Of a stretch of 64,000 nt of DNA, positions 18,090-28,764 are shown piece after piece (the stretch's first letter is position 1; every line of letters starts with the position of its first letter). Both the position numbers and the translations under genes were made by a program. Source of the stretch: an uncultured Candidatus Binatia bacterium. Lineage in GTDB: Bacteria; Desulfobacterota; Binatia; Bin18. The notes beneath the pieces were generated by a model. It made no database searches. It was not told where the DNA came from and saw only the letters and a list, made by a program, of their open reading frames with translations. The DNA is taken from positions 1,344,001 through 1,408,000 of the forward strand of contig OZ241744.1 of NCBI GenBank assembly GCA_965200965.1, written 5' to 3'.

Positions 18090-19772
18090 ATGCCACCGTC
18101 AAAACATGGGAAAGGCTCCAGCAATGCCACACCCGATGCAGTCCATAGCCAAACGGACCGCTCAAGTGGGGGGGGGGGCGACAGATCCCTGCTGCTTGTC
18201 GTCGGCCTCGCGCTACTGGGCACGCTACTCATACTGCTGCGTGAAATCAACTACGGGCCGGGCGTGAATTGGGACTCGGTCATGTACATGTCGGTTGCGG
18301 AAAATCTGGTCGCTGGAAAGGGGTTTGTCACCTTCCAGGGAAGCCCTTTGACGATCTGGCCGCCCCTGTTTCCGATGCTGCTGACGCCCGGGGTTTTCCT
18401 CGGGTTCGATGCGCAAGACAGCGCCGGCTTTGTGAACGCTGCAACATTTGGGTTGACCATTCTTTTTTCGGGCCTGTGGCTCCACAATCGGATTGCATCC
18501 GGGACGCTCATACTCTGGGCAACCCTCGCTGTCATGTTGTCCGTTCCCCTCACCCTTGCGGCAGTCGTGGTTATGTCCGAATCTCCCTTTGTCCTGTTTA
18601 GTCTGCTGGCGCTCATTTGGATAGAGAAATTCTTGCAGAGCCATGCACGCTCATCCCTGATCTGGGCGGCGATATTCACCGCCCTGGCGTGTCTCACCCG
18701 CTACATGGGCGGCACGCTGGCGATAGCCGTCGCGCTTCTGTTACTGTTGCAGAGAGGCGTGCCTCCGCGGACGAAGATCGGTCAGCTTGCCGTGTATTCA
18801 TTCATCGCGGTGACCCCAGTCCTCCTGTGGTTGTCGCGCAATATGCTGGTAGCGGGATCAACGACCGGGGGTCTTGTGGGTGGCTACTGGGAGCCGGTGA
18901 CTCCCCTGCTGGAGAATGGGCGTTTTACAGCGCAAACGCTGCTTGACTGGATAGTGCCGGCCTCAGAGCTTCCGCCCGGAATACAGGACATCGCTACGGT
19001 GCCGGCTACGGCCCTGGTCTTATCGGCAAGCGCCGCGGCTCAGGTTCTCCTCCGTCACTATCGCTCCGCCGGCGCGGCGGTCGATCTGACGCCGCTCACA
19101 CCTTTTGGCGTTTTCAGTCTGGTCTATATTGTCTTGCTCATTGCGTCAGGAGCGGTGGTCGAAACAGGGCGAGGCAATGTAGACCGCTATCTTACTCCGG
19201 TCTATGTTCCACTCGTGTTCATCACGGCTTTTATGCTGGACAAGCTGCTGAAGCATGGCTCTCTTGGGAAGAAAGGGAAACGCATTGGCCTGCTCCTGCC
19301 GACGGTCTTTTTCCTCTGGCTGACCTACCCCATTGCAAAGAATGTATGGCACGCCTCTATACATCTGGAGCGGGGGAGATGGATGGCAGACAAAAAATGG
19401 GCCAACTCGGAACTGCTCCAGCATATCAGGACGCCCTTGGCCCCCGGCGCGATCCGATATACGAACCGCCAAGTGGAGGTATATTTTCATACCGGTACCG
19501 TCATGAGGAAACTACCTGCACCAATGGCGTTGCATGACCTGAAGCAAGCCCTTCCGTCCCTGGCCGACGAAGTATACATCGCCTATTTCTTCGATAACCA
19601 GGGAAGGCCAAGCCTTACGACACAAATTGAGTCGCTAGGTTTTGAGCCGGTAGTACAAGCGACGGATGGCGTCGTGTATCACTACCGTGGGGAAAACCAG
19701 ACAGCGGTCCAGGAAAATAGGGGGGAGCAACAGCGTGGATGTCCAGCAGCCAACAGATGTCCCGCCATGTGA
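18090..19772 (+). CDS. GT-C fold membrane glycosyltransferase (ArnT/PMT family-like)
   Basis: DSVMY..VAENL, WPPLFP, MSESPF, LTRYMG, RYLTPVY; many TM segments; composition differs from neighbours. Confidence 0.75.
   Translation: MPPSKHGKGSSNATPDAVHSQTDRSSGGGGDRSLLLVVGLALLGTLLILLREINYGPGVNWDSVMYMSVAENLVAGKGFVTFQGSPLTIWPPLFPMLLTPGVFLGFDAQDSAGFVNAATFGLTILFSGLWLHNRIASGTLILWATLAVMLSVPLTLAAVVVMSESPFVLFSLLALIWIEKFLQSHARSSLIWAAIFTALACLTRYMGGTLAIAVALLLLLQRGVPPRTKIGQLAVYSFIAVTPVLLWLSRNMLVAGSTTGGLVGGYWEPVTPLLENGRFTAQTLLDWIVPASELPPGIQDIATVPATALVLSASAAAQVLLRHYRSAGAAVDLTPLTPFGVFSLVYIVLLIASGAVVETGRGNVDRYLTPVYVPLVFITAFMLDKLLKHGSLGKKGKRIGLLLPTVFFLWLTYPIAKNVWHASIHLERGRWMADKKWANSELLQHIRTPLAPGAIRYTNRQVEVYFHTGTVMRKLPAPMALHDLKQALPSLADEVYIAYFFDNQGRPSLTTQIESLGFEPVVQATDGVVYHYRGENQTAVQENRGEQQRGCPAANRCPAM
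18168..18178 (+). repeat. G11 homopolymer in the 5' coding region of the glycosyltransferase
   Basis: 11 consecutive G encoding GGGG. Confidence 0.85.
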
Positions 19773-19926
19773 CGCCGGGATGAACACGTCTCGTCTCGCG
19801 CTACGGTTCTTCGGTTGCGGCGACACGCACTCAATTGCTTGACATCCATGCTTCACCCCTCTGTGTCTCGTCTGCCGTGCTGCATGTCCCTGAAAGGCGC
19901 ACCGGCGTGGCAAAGGCGAGCCGCGG

Positions 19927-21117
19927 TCAGCCCTTTGGCAAACCCAGCACCCGCTCGCCAAGAATGTTGTGCTGAATCTCGCTGGTGCCGCCGGCAATCG
20001 TATACTGACGGGCGCTCAGCACCCGGTTGAGCCAGCGTGGGGCGTCGGGTACGGTATCGGTCCCGGCCTCAAGCAGTGCATACGGTCCCAGCAGTTCACT
20101 CACAAAGGCGCTAATGCGCACGCCGAGTTCGGAACTGGCCAGCTTCAAGATCGACCCTTCCGGCCCCGGCGGCTGGCTCTTGAGCTGCCGGGTCAGGCTG
20201 CGCAGGCGGGTATATTTCAGGGCTTCTTTTTCAATCTCAAACGCGGCCAGGCGCTGACGGACCCAGGTCTGCTGCCAGGCTGGTTTGCCGTCTATCTTGA
20301 CCCGTTTGGCCAACTCGGCCAGACGCCGAATCTGCGATCCGCCCCCACCCCCGCCGGCCGCGCTGCGTTCAAACATCAGGGTCGTGATAGCGACCTTCCA
20401 GCCCTCGTTTTTGGGTCCGAGCAGGTTGGCCTTCGGAATCCGCACATCCTCAAAAAACACCTCGTTAAAATGGCTGTGGCCGTTCATCAACACCAGCGGC
20501 CGGACGCTCACGCCCGGGGTGTTCATATCCAGCAGGAAATAGCTGATACCCTTGTGTTTGGGTGCCTCTGGATCGGTCCGGGCCAGCAACACCATCCAGT
20601 CGGCATACTGGGCCCCTGAGGTCCACACCTTTTGGCCGTTGACAATAAAATCGTCGCCGTCCTCAACCGCCCTGGTCTGTAAACTGGCCAGGTCGGAGCC
20701 TGAGCCTGGCTCGGAGTAACCCTGACACCAGACCAGCTCGCCTTTCAGAATACGCGGCAAAAAGTTGTGTTTCTGTTCTTCGGTTCCCCATTGGGCAATA
20801 GTCGGGCCGGCCAGCCCCAGGCCCACATAGCCCGGCAGGATTGGTGCCCGAGCCTGGGCGTACTCCTCGTTGTAGATAAGCTGCTCCATCAGCTCAGCGC
20901 CCTGGCCGCCGTACTCTTTGGGCCAAGCCAGGCCGACCCAGCCGGCCTGGTACAGCTTTTTATGCCAAGCCATGCGTTTGTCAAAAATCTCGCGGTTTGG
21001 CGCTACCCGCTCATCCATCGCGTCTTCGACCTTCAGCTCGGGCGGCAGATGCTTGACCAGCCAGTTCCGCACCCGCAGTCGAAACGCCTCCTGTTCAGGC
21101 GTGTATTGAAAATCCAT
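19927..21117 (-). CDS. Acyl-CoA dehydrogenase family protein
   Basis: WCQGYSEPGSGSDLASL, NGQKVWTS, FNEVFF, TIAGGTSEIQ; start MDFQYT with RBS. Confidence 0.92.
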   Translation of the reverse strand: MDFQYTPEQEAFRLRVRNWLVKHLPPELKVEDAMDERVAPNREIFDKRMAWHKKLYQAGWVGLAWPKEYGGQGAELMEQLIYNEEYAQARAPILPGYVGLGLAGPTIAQWGTEEQKHNFLPRILKGELVWCQGYSEPGSGSDLASLQTRAVEDGDDFIVNGQKVWTSGAQYADWMVLLARTDPEAPKHKGISYFLLDMNTPGVSVRPLVLMNGHSHFNEVFFEDVRIPKANLLGPKNEGWKVAITTLMFERSAAGGGGGGSQIRRLAELAKRVKIDGKPAWQQTWVRQRLAAFEIEKEALKYTRLRSLTRQLKSQPPGPEGSILKLASSELGVRISAFVSELLGPYALLEAGTDTVPDAPRWLNRVLSARQYTIAGGTSEIQHNILGERVLGLPKG

Positions 21118-21217
21118 GCGCTCTCCCTTCAGGGTCGGCGATGCGCTGGGCGAGAATGGCACCATCAAGCCGGCCTGGTCGGCCTGACGACGAGGCTCAC
21201 CGCCTGACCCTGCCTCG

Positions 21218-22315
21218 CTAGGCCACCGCTTTGTGGCCCAACTGCTGCAAGCGGGGCATAACCTCAGCCGCAAACAGCCGCAGGCTGCGTTCGCTGTCTT
21301 CGTAGGGCATCGCGCCGTAGCTGAAGACGCCGGTGAAGGCGTCGCAGCCGATTTTGGAGCGGATCTCCAGGACTTTGTCAAAACACTGCTCGGGCGTGCC
21401 CCATACCTGGAGGTTGAGAAAAAACTCGGTCACGCCCTCCACGCTGCCCATCGCCTCCGCCATCTTGCCGTAGTACTCGTAGCCCTTGGTCTTGCCGAAA
21501 TGGTCGCCGCCAAAGTTGTAGTGCTTCATGGCCGACTGCCAGTAGGCACCGATATAGCGGCGGGCCATCTCTTCGGCCCGGCCGGCGTCTTTGTCGCAGA
21601 AGACCCACCCGCCGGCGACCGGGGCCGGGGCCTCGGCCCCGTTGGTCTCGCGGTAGATGGTCCGGTAGGTGTCGAGCTCCACCGCCACATCTTCCCACGG
21701 CTTCTGGGGAATGATCAGGATACCGACGCCGAGCCGGGCCATGATCCCGGACGACTCGGGCGAGACCGCGGCGGCATATGTCCGGCCCTTGAAGGATTTG
21801 AACGGCTTGGGCCGGATGTCTTTCCTGGGCTGCTGATAGAACTGCCCCTGGTACTGGCAGTAGCCCCGCTCCAGGCCGGTCAGGACCATCTCGGCGGCCT
21901 CAATAAAGCGTTCGCGCGACTCGCCCATATTGACCCGGAAGCCCTCAAACTCGACCTGCCCGGCCCCCCGGCCCAGCCCCAGAATCAGCCGTCCGTCGCA
22001 CAGGTCGTCCAGCATGGCGATCTCTTCTGCCGCCCGCATCGGGTCGTGCCAGGGCAGCACAACGACCATTGAGCCGAGTTTGACCGTCTTGGTCCGGCCG
22101 GCCATATAGGTCAGGAATTGCAGCACATCGGGCACCATGGTGTAGTCGGTAAAATGATGCTCAACGCTCCAGATGGAATCAAAGCCGAGCGGTTCGGCCA
22201 AGTCGGCCAGCCGAACCTCGTTTTTGTAGACCTCATAGTCCGAGATCCTCTGAGCCGGGTTCTGGCAGATGGCGGCCATGCCGATCTCCATTGGCGAATC
22301 GGGTCGTGCGGTCAT
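21218..22315 (-). CDS. LLM class (luciferase-like) monooxygenase
   Basis: GFDSIWSVEHHF, GRLILGLGRG, RLFAAEVMP. Confidence 0.9.
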   Translation of the reverse strand: MTARPDSPMEIGMAAICQNPAQRISDYEVYKNEVRLADLAEPLGFDSIWSVEHHFTDYTMVPDVLQFLTYMAGRTKTVKLGSMVVVLPWHDPMRAAEEIAMLDDLCDGRLILGLGRGAGQVEFEGFRVNMGESRERFIEAAEMVLTGLERGYCQYQGQFYQQPRKDIRPKPFKSFKGRTYAAAVSPESSGIMARLGVGILIIPQKPWEDVAVELDTYRTIYRETNGAEAPAPVAGGWVFCDKDAGRAEEMARRYIGAYWQSAMKHYNFGGDHFGKTKGYEYYGKMAEAMGSVEGVTEFFLNLQVWGTPEQCFDKVLEIRSKIGCDAFTGVFSYGAMPYEDSERSLRLFAAEVMPRLQQLGHKAVA

Positions 22316-22392
22316 AGTCCCTGTCCTCCTCTGTATGGATTCTGGAAAGCCCTGAGCCTACAGGCACAGAGCGATGGTTTCAACACGCCGGC

Positions 22393-24084
22393 TCAGGCCG
22401 CCACGCTCTGCACGATGCGTCCCGGCAGACCGCCCTGGTACTCGTTATGGGCAAACAGCACCTGGCCGTTGACAATGGTACAGGCCACGCCCTCGGCCCG
22501 TTCAATGAGCCGGGGCTTGCCCAGGGGCAGATCGTTGACCCATTCGCCAGGACAGGTCCCGACTGTGGTCGGATCAAACAGGACGAGGTCGGCGTCCAGG
22601 CCCGGGGCGAGCCGACCCTTTGTTCTGAGGTCCAGGAAGTCGGCCAACGCAGAGCTCACCCGCCGCACGCCTTCTTCCAGGCTCAGGAATTGCCGCTTGC
22701 GCACCCACTCACCCAGGATGTAGGTCGGCACCCCGGCTTCGCAGTGCTGGTCCACATGGGCACCGGCGTCTGACAGACCGATCAGGACATGGGGTAGATT
22801 CATGATCTCGCCGACCGCCTTCTGGTCAGCGTTGATGATCGACACCGTGACACCCAGCTCGGTCCGCTCTTCAACCGCCAGGTCCATCAGCACATTGACC
22901 GGGTCCTTGTCCAGACGGGCGGCCAACTCGGCCAGGCTGGCGTTCAGAAACGGCCGGTTGTGATCGGTCTTCACCCGGGCTATGCGCAGCCGGTCCCACT
23001 GGCCGCGGAACAGCAAACCGCGGCCGGCGGCGATATCATCACGGAAGGCCCGACGAAAGTCTGCCGAGCGGTACAGGGCCAACTGTTCCTCAACGCTCCG
23101 ATTAAACGCGCCCCTCCACGACGGCAGTTCAGAGAACAGAAACGGGTTGCGCAGGCTGTAGTATTGCGAGATGGGACGCGGGTTAACCTGGGGCGGGATA
23201 CGCAGCCCTTGCTCCAGAAACGGCCGTACCCGGGCGTGCATACGCTCACACGCGCCGGGCAGATCGGGCATGTGGAGCAGGGCCAGCCAGGTGACCGGCC
23301 GCTGGCTCTCGGTGGCCAAGTGGAGCAGCAGGGCAAGTTCTTCGTCTCCCAGTTCCCCGGCTTGGCGTAGCAGGGCAACTTCAATCACCCCTTTTTTCAG
23401 CTCGCGCATCACCCGGCTCAAGGCGCTCAACTCGGCTTTGCTGGTTAGACGGCTGGCCAGCGGTTTGCCCTGATAGCCGATGTGGCGCGGGATCAGGCTG
23501 AACGAGAAGCCGTAGGCCCCGGCCTGCATGGCTTGGCGAAAGAGGTCGGTCATCCGCTCAATTTCGTCCGCATTGGCCACCCGCTCAGACGCGGCTTCGC
23601 CCATGACATAAAAGCGCAGCGCCGACAGAGGGACTAAGAAGCCAGCGTTGATGCCGATGCCCTGCCGGGCAATAGCGCCCATATATTCGGGAAAACTCTC
23701 CCACTCCCACGACACTCCATTGAGCAACACGTCGTAGGGCATGGCCTCGACGTTGACCAAGTCCCAGGCCATGACCTCGCGCTCGGCCGGCCGGCACGGT
23801 GCCACGCCCACACCGCAGTTGCCCATCAGCACCGAGGTCACGCCGTGCCAGCACGAGCTGGTCAGCAGCGGGTCCCACGAGACCTGGGCGTCGTAATGGG
23901 TGTGGATATCGATAAAGCCGGGGGCCAGGACAAGCCCATCGGCGTTGAGTTCACGCTTGGCGCGGCCGGAGACCTTGCCGAGCTCAACGATTTTCCCGTC
24001 AGCAACCGCCAGCGACCCGCCGTACACCGGAGTCCCGACGCCGTCGCAGATCTGCGCGTTTTTGATTACCAAGTCGTATGTCAT
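22393..24084 (-). CDS. Amidohydrolase, N-acyl-D-amino-acid deacylase family
   Basis: PGFIDIHTHYD, GNCGVG, SDAGAH, ADLVLFD. Confidence 0.9.
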   Translation of the reverse strand: MTYDLVIKNAQICDGVGTPVYGGSLAVADGKIVELGKVSGRAKRELNADGLVLAPGFIDIHTHYDAQVSWDPLLTSSCWHGVTSVLMGNCGVGVAPCRPAEREVMAWDLVNVEAMPYDVLLNGVSWEWESFPEYMGAIARQGIGINAGFLVPLSALRFYVMGEAASERVANADEIERMTDLFRQAMQAGAYGFSFSLIPRHIGYQGKPLASRLTSKAELSALSRVMRELKKGVIEVALLRQAGELGDEELALLLHLATESQRPVTWLALLHMPDLPGACERMHARVRPFLEQGLRIPPQVNPRPISQYYSLRNPFLFSELPSWRGAFNRSVEEQLALYRSADFRRAFRDDIAAGRGLLFRGQWDRLRIARVKTDHNRPFLNASLAELAARLDKDPVNVLMDLAVEERTELGVTVSIINADQKAVGEIMNLPHVLIGLSDAGAHVDQHCEAGVPTYILGEWVRKRQFLSLEEGVRRVSSALADFLDLRTKGRLAPGLDADLVLFDPTTVGTCPGEWVNDLPLGKPRLIERAEGVACTIVNGQVLFAHNEYQGGLPGRIVQSVAA

Positions 24085-24277
24085 GGTCTGCCTCCTTTTT
24101 GACGGCCGTCAGGATAGCCCGCCCCACACACTTTCTCTACCTTTGAGCTATGGGCTCCAGCACCTGGTCACCGGGAGTAAGCGGCCGCTTTCCTGGAACA
24201 TAGCCTGTGGTGTGGGGATGCTTCGAACCGCCGGGTCTGCTACATAAGGGCAGCTTTGGGAAAAACAGGAGGAAAGA

Positions 24278-25531
24278 ATGAGCTATGTATGGTTTGGTCT
24301 CTTCGTCGGCCTGCTGGTGGCTGGCGGCTGGCAGCCGGCTGTGGCCGAACAGACCGAAATGAGCGACGACCGTATCCAACAGGCTTTTTATCCATACGCC
24401 ATAGAGAAGCCGGCACTGGCCGGCCTGGAACCGGGCACAACAATCTCCGCCGACTCCTGGCAGGCCGCCCAGAACTATCTGCCGGCGGAAATCCTGGACA
24501 AGATCAAAGCCGGCGAGATGGCCTTCAGCATCCAGGAAACGACCGATTTACCGGTCAGCGAGGCGTATATTGCCGCCACCCGCCAGTACGCCGGACAGGT
24601 CCAGATTGGGGCCGACGGCGAGCTGAGCGGCTATGTCGCCGGCCTGCCCTTCCCCGCGCTTGACCCGGCCGACCCGCAGGCCGGGGAGAAGGCCGCCTGG
24701 AATATGCGCCACCGCGACCTCGGTGACAACGTCCAGGTGTGGAATACCCTCCGTCTGCTCGAAGAGTCCGGCCAAGCCGACCGCGAGTTTGAAAACTATT
24801 ATGTCCTGGCCCAGGGCATGTATCGGCCCCAGCCCGAGGCCAACCGCTGGGAAAAAGACGGGGTGCTGCAAAAAGAGTTCTTCCACATTATGACCCCGTT
24901 TGACCTCAAGAACACCATGAGCCTCAAGCACCGTTACGCCAAGGACAGCGCCAGGGACGCCGACTGGCTCTACACCCCGGCCAGCCGTAAGATCCGCAAG
25001 CTGATTGTCAAGCACGAGGACGCATCCTTTGATTCCGGCTTTCTGAACGAGGACTTCTTTGGCTACTCGGGCTACATCAACGCCAGTTCGTGGAAGCTGC
25101 TCGGCTCGCGCCTGATGCTCGCCCCGGTAGGTGCCAGGGTTGCCAGCGCCAGCTTTGGCGGCCGCGGCAACTGGTATCCGGTTGATCCCTGGGAGCTGCG
25201 CCACATGTGGGTGCTGGAAAATATCCCCAAGGCCGCTGACCATCCCTACAGCAAACGCCTGCTGTATATTGACCGGCAGATGTTTGTGCCGGTCTACATG
25301 CTGGCCTATGACCGGGCCGGTAAGCATTCCAAGACCCTGTTCGAGCTGTACGGCAACCCCCAGTTCAACCCCGGCAACGAACAGGTCCGCGTCCCCGTCT
25401 GGATCGGCGAGTCCATGATTGACTACGAGGGCCGCTTTGCCTCAATGACCGAGGTATCCAAGATCGTCTACAATCAGCCCTTGCCCGAGGACTTTTTTCA
25501 GCTCAACCAGATTGTGGCCCGCGGCCGCTAG
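24278..25531 (+). CDS. DUF1329 family exported protein
   Basis: Signal peptide; GLPFP..D..DPQAG.KAAWN; WLYTPASRKIR; HPYSKR. Confidence 0.8.
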   Translation: MSYVWFGLFVGLLVAGGWQPAVAEQTEMSDDRIQQAFYPYAIEKPALAGLEPGTTISADSWQAAQNYLPAEILDKIKAGEMAFSIQETTDLPVSEAYIAATRQYAGQVQIGADGELSGYVAGLPFPALDPADPQAGEKAAWNMRHRDLGDNVQVWNTLRLLEESGQADREFENYYVLAQGMYRPQPEANRWEKDGVLQKEFFHIMTPFDLKNTMSLKHRYAKDSARDADWLYTPASRKIRKLIVKHEDASFDSGFLNEDFFGYSGYINASSWKLLGSRLMLAPVGARVASASFGGRGNWYPVDPWELRHMWVLENIPKAADHPYSKRLLYIDRQMFVPVYMLAYDRAGKHSKTLFELYGNPQFNPGNEQVRVPVWIGESMIDYEGRFASMTEVSKIVYNQPLPEDFFQLNQIVARGR

Positions 25532-25545
25532 GGCAGGGGGACCGG

Positions 25546-27270
25546 ATGCGTCACAACACTCCGTTCAGACATCGCGCCCACCGCTGGCCGGCCGGCGCAG
25601 TCCAAAGTCTGCTGGCCGGGCTGGCGCTCTTCGTCTCTGTGTCCAGCGCCCAGGCCCAGTTCACAGCCGAGCCCCTGTCCTTCTCCGGCAATGTCCAGAC
25701 CCAACAGATTTTTCGTCATCCCGAGGTGGACAAGTGGTCAATTGTCCAGCAGCGCAACACCGTCCGGCTGCGGCTGGAGTACGACTGGGTTCGGGGCGGG
25801 CGGATTCTTGACCGGTTTCACTTGCCGTGGATTAAATCGGCCCACTTTGTCGGCCTGTACCGGGGGGTGTACGACAGCGTGTACGACTTCCGGCCCGGTC
25901 CCCGCCAAGAGATTTTTCCCTATAAAGGCCGGGCCGGTCGGGGCGATAGCTTGGCCAATCTCGACCGCGGGGCCGCCCAGGCCCTGCGCTTCGAGAGCGA
26001 CTTTCGTGAGGTCTATACCGACATCGAGCTGGCCGATATTCCCCTCACCCTGCGGCTGGGGCGGCAGATGATAGTATGGGGGGAGTCGGATAACCTGCGT
26101 ATCCTCGACCGCACCAACGCCCTGGACGCGACCTGGCACGGTGGCGGGGTGGGCCAGGAAACCTGGGACGACCTGCGTATTCCGTACTGGATGATCCGCG
26201 CCACCTGTAATTTTGGTCAGATCGGTCGCGTGAGCGATGTGTTTCTCGAAACCTACTGGGTGCCGGGCCTGTGGTCACCGCTCAAGTTCGGCTACACGCC
26301 AGGTCGGCCGTGGAGCTTCCCGTTTGCCAACTCCTTGGCCGGCAGTCCGACCGGTGGAAACTTCAGACTGCTGAGGGGAACCGTGCTGGGCCGCCAGGGC
26401 GACTACCACAGGAATATCAGCGAGAACAGCCAAGTCGGCGTACGCCTAGGTGGCACCACACCGTCCAGCCTGACCCTGACCCTCAACTATCTGTACCAGC
26501 GTGTTGCCCACGATGACGGGGTCAATACGGCCAGCCTGCGCGGCCGCAACCAGTGCCGGCTGGGCTCGGCCCGCTGCCCTTCGGTCGCCCAACTGGCCAG
26601 CGAGAACACGGCCCTGATGGCGCGCGGCATTCTGCCGGCCGAGGCGCATTATCCGTATACCCACACCTTTGGTATCTCGGCCAGTTATGCCGACGACACC
26701 TATACCGAGGGCGTGTTTCGGATGGAGACGATTTACGAACTGGGCAAGCCATTTGCCGACAAGCGCAAACCCATCTTGGTCCTGGACGCGGCCGGTAATC
26801 CTGGGCCGAGCGGCCTGCTGGGCGTCAAAAAGAGCGATGTGTGGCAGGCTTTTGTTGGCTTTGACCGGCCAACCTGGATCAGGAGCCTGAACCGGCGCTC
26901 GACCTTTTTTCTGACCAGCCAGTTGTTCTGGCAGTACATCCCCACTGGCACATCCCGCTTTCAGGGCCAGCTGTCGGCGACCGACAAGGTCCGCACCTGG
27001 GAGGCGGTCGGCACAATTGCAGCCAGTACCCTGTATATGCGCGGCAAGCTGCTGCCGGTCGCTTTTTATGTGCTTGACCCGATCAACCACTACAGTTCAC
27101 AGTTTGGCTGGGTGGTTGATTACTACATCACCCCGCGGCTGATTGTCCGCCTTGCTCAGAGCTATTTCTTTGTCCCCGGCTACGGCGGTCAGGTTGACGA
27201 GAGTTGGGGTTTAGGCGGTCTGTATCGACGCTGGGATGAAACCGTGTTACGGCTGACCTACCAGTTCTAA
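25546..27270 (+). CDS. DUF1302 family outer-membrane beta-barrel
   Basis: Signal peptide; LRLGRQMIVWGESD; C-terminal aromatic signature LTYQF. Confidence 0.8.
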   Translation: MRHNTPFRHRAHRWPAGAVQSLLAGLALFVSVSSAQAQFTAEPLSFSGNVQTQQIFRHPEVDKWSIVQQRNTVRLRLEYDWVRGGRILDRFHLPWIKSAHFVGLYRGVYDSVYDFRPGPRQEIFPYKGRAGRGDSLANLDRGAAQALRFESDFREVYTDIELADIPLTLRLGRQMIVWGESDNLRILDRTNALDATWHGGGVGQETWDDLRIPYWMIRATCNFGQIGRVSDVFLETYWVPGLWSPLKFGYTPGRPWSFPFANSLAGSPTGGNFRLLRGTVLGRQGDYHRNISENSQVGVRLGGTTPSSLTLTLNYLYQRVAHDDGVNTASLRGRNQCRLGSARCPSVAQLASENTALMARGILPAEAHYPYTHTFGISASYADDTYTEGVFRMETIYELGKPFADKRKPILVLDAAGNPGPSGLLGVKKSDVWQAFVGFDRPTWIRSLNRRSTFFLTSQLFWQYIPTGTSRFQGQLSATDKVRTWEAVGTIAASTLYMRGKLLPVAFYVLDPINHYSSQFGWVVDYYITPRLIVRLAQSYFFVPGYGGQVDESWGLGGLYRRWDETVLRLTYQF

Positions 27271-27299
27271 ACCGCGCCTCAGGCGACACAGGGGGAGAT

Positions 27300-27905
27300 A
27301 TGGCAGAACAATGGACGCTGAACGGTGATTATTTTGAATCGTGCAACTGTGATCTGGTATGCCCCTGCCTGATTCAGGCCACACCGCCACGCGGCCGCTG
27401 CGATGCGGCCTTGGCCTTTCATATTGACCAGGGCAGCTACGGCCACACCGCCCTAGGCGGCCTGAACGCCGTGTTTGTGGCGTCTTTTCCCGGCCCGGGC
27501 AAGATGATCGAGGGCAATTGGACGGCCGCGGCCTATGTGGACGCCGCCGCGTCCGAGGCCCAGCGGGAAGCGCTGAGCGCTATCTATTCAGGTCAGGCCG
27601 GCGGACCAATGCAAATGGTTTTTTCCCTGGTCAGCAATTTCTTAGGCATCACAAGTGCGCCCATCAGCTATGAAATTGACGGCAAGGCCCGCCGGCTGCG
27701 CATCCCCGACATTCTCGCCATCGACATTGAGGCAATCACCGGTCGGGACGGCACTGAGCCCCTGTGGGCGACCAACGCCACCCATCCGGTGTCCTCGAAA
27801 CTGGCCCTGGCCCAGTCCAGAGCCTACCGCTACGCCGACCACAACCTGGTCTGGGATGTGAGCGAAACGAACGGCCATTTTGCGCCGTTCAGCTGGCACA
27901 GTTAG
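27300..27905 (+). CDS. DUF1326 family protein
   Basis: GDYFESCNC..VCPC...C motif; GNWT. Confidence 0.85.
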   Translation: MAEQWTLNGDYFESCNCDLVCPCLIQATPPRGRCDAALAFHIDQGSYGHTALGGLNAVFVASFPGPGKMIEGNWTAAAYVDAAASEAQREALSAIYSGQAGGPMQMVFSLVSNFLGITSAPISYEIDGKARRLRIPDILAIDIEAITGRDGTEPLWATNATHPVSSKLALAQSRAYRYADHNLVWDVSETNGHFAPFSWHS

Positions 27906-27911
27906 GCGCTC

Positions 27912-28682
27912 ATGCGCGGCCGCGACAGCCTGATCATCATTGGCAGTCTGGCCGCGGTGTCGATCGTGGCGTGGGTGCTCACGGTCCGCGAGATGGGCGA
28001 CATGGGCCTCGGCCTGATGACCCCCAGCATGACGATGGGCCGACCCGTTTCGGTCGCCAACGCCGGGCTGTACATCCTCTTGTGGGGCATCATGATGGTG
28101 GCCATGATGTTTCCGTCCATCGCGCCCATGGTCATGCTGTTCTCGACCATATCGCGCCGCAAGCGGGAGCAGGCCGACCCGTTGGTACCGGTCTGGCTCT
28201 TTGTTGTCGGCTACACGCTGGTCTGGACCCTGACCGGCAGCCTGGCATATGCGGGTGATGTGGCGATCCAGTCTCTGCCCCACACCTTGCCCGGCCTGCG
28301 GGCGTATGGCCCGGCCCTTGGCGGCGGCCTGCTTGTTCTTGCCGGGCTGTACCAGCTCACGCCCTTGAAATACCTGTGTTTGACCCAGTGTCGCTCGCCG
28401 CTCGGCTTTTTGCTTCAGCACTGGCGGAAGGGCGCGTGGGGGGCCTTTCTGATGGGCTTTCACCACGGCACCTTTTGTCTGGGCTGCTGCTGGAGCCTGA
28501 TGGCAGTGATGTTTGTGATGGGCACGATGAACTTGCTGTGGATGGGCATTCTGGCCCTTGTCATCTTCATGGAAAAAATTGTGCCGCACGGCGTAGCGCT
28601 GGGAAAAGGCGTCGGGATTGCTCTGATCGGCCTAGGACTGCTGCTCGCGGCCTATCCGGGGGTCGGACTGACACCGAACTAG
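27912..28682 (+). CDS. DUF2182 Met-rich putative metal-binding membrane protein
   Basis: MMVAMMFPS, YQLTPLK..CL..CRSP, CLGCCW.LM, EK. Confidence 0.88.
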   Translation: MRGRDSLIIIGSLAAVSIVAWVLTVREMGDMGLGLMTPSMTMGRPVSVANAGLYILLWGIMMVAMMFPSIAPMVMLFSTISRRKREQADPLVPVWLFVVGYTLVWTLTGSLAYAGDVAIQSLPHTLPGLRAYGPALGGGLLVLAGLYQLTPLKYLCLTQCRSPLGFLLQHWRKGAWGAFLMGFHHGTFCLGCCWSLMAVMFVMGTMNLLWMGILALVIFMEKIVPHGVALGKGVGIALIGLGLLLAAYPGVGLTPN

Positions 28683-28764
28683 GACATGTTCGGCAAGCTT
28701 GACGGCTGCCTCCCCGACAGGATAGGGAAGGTTGGACGGGCACAAAATAAGGAAGGAGTTACGC

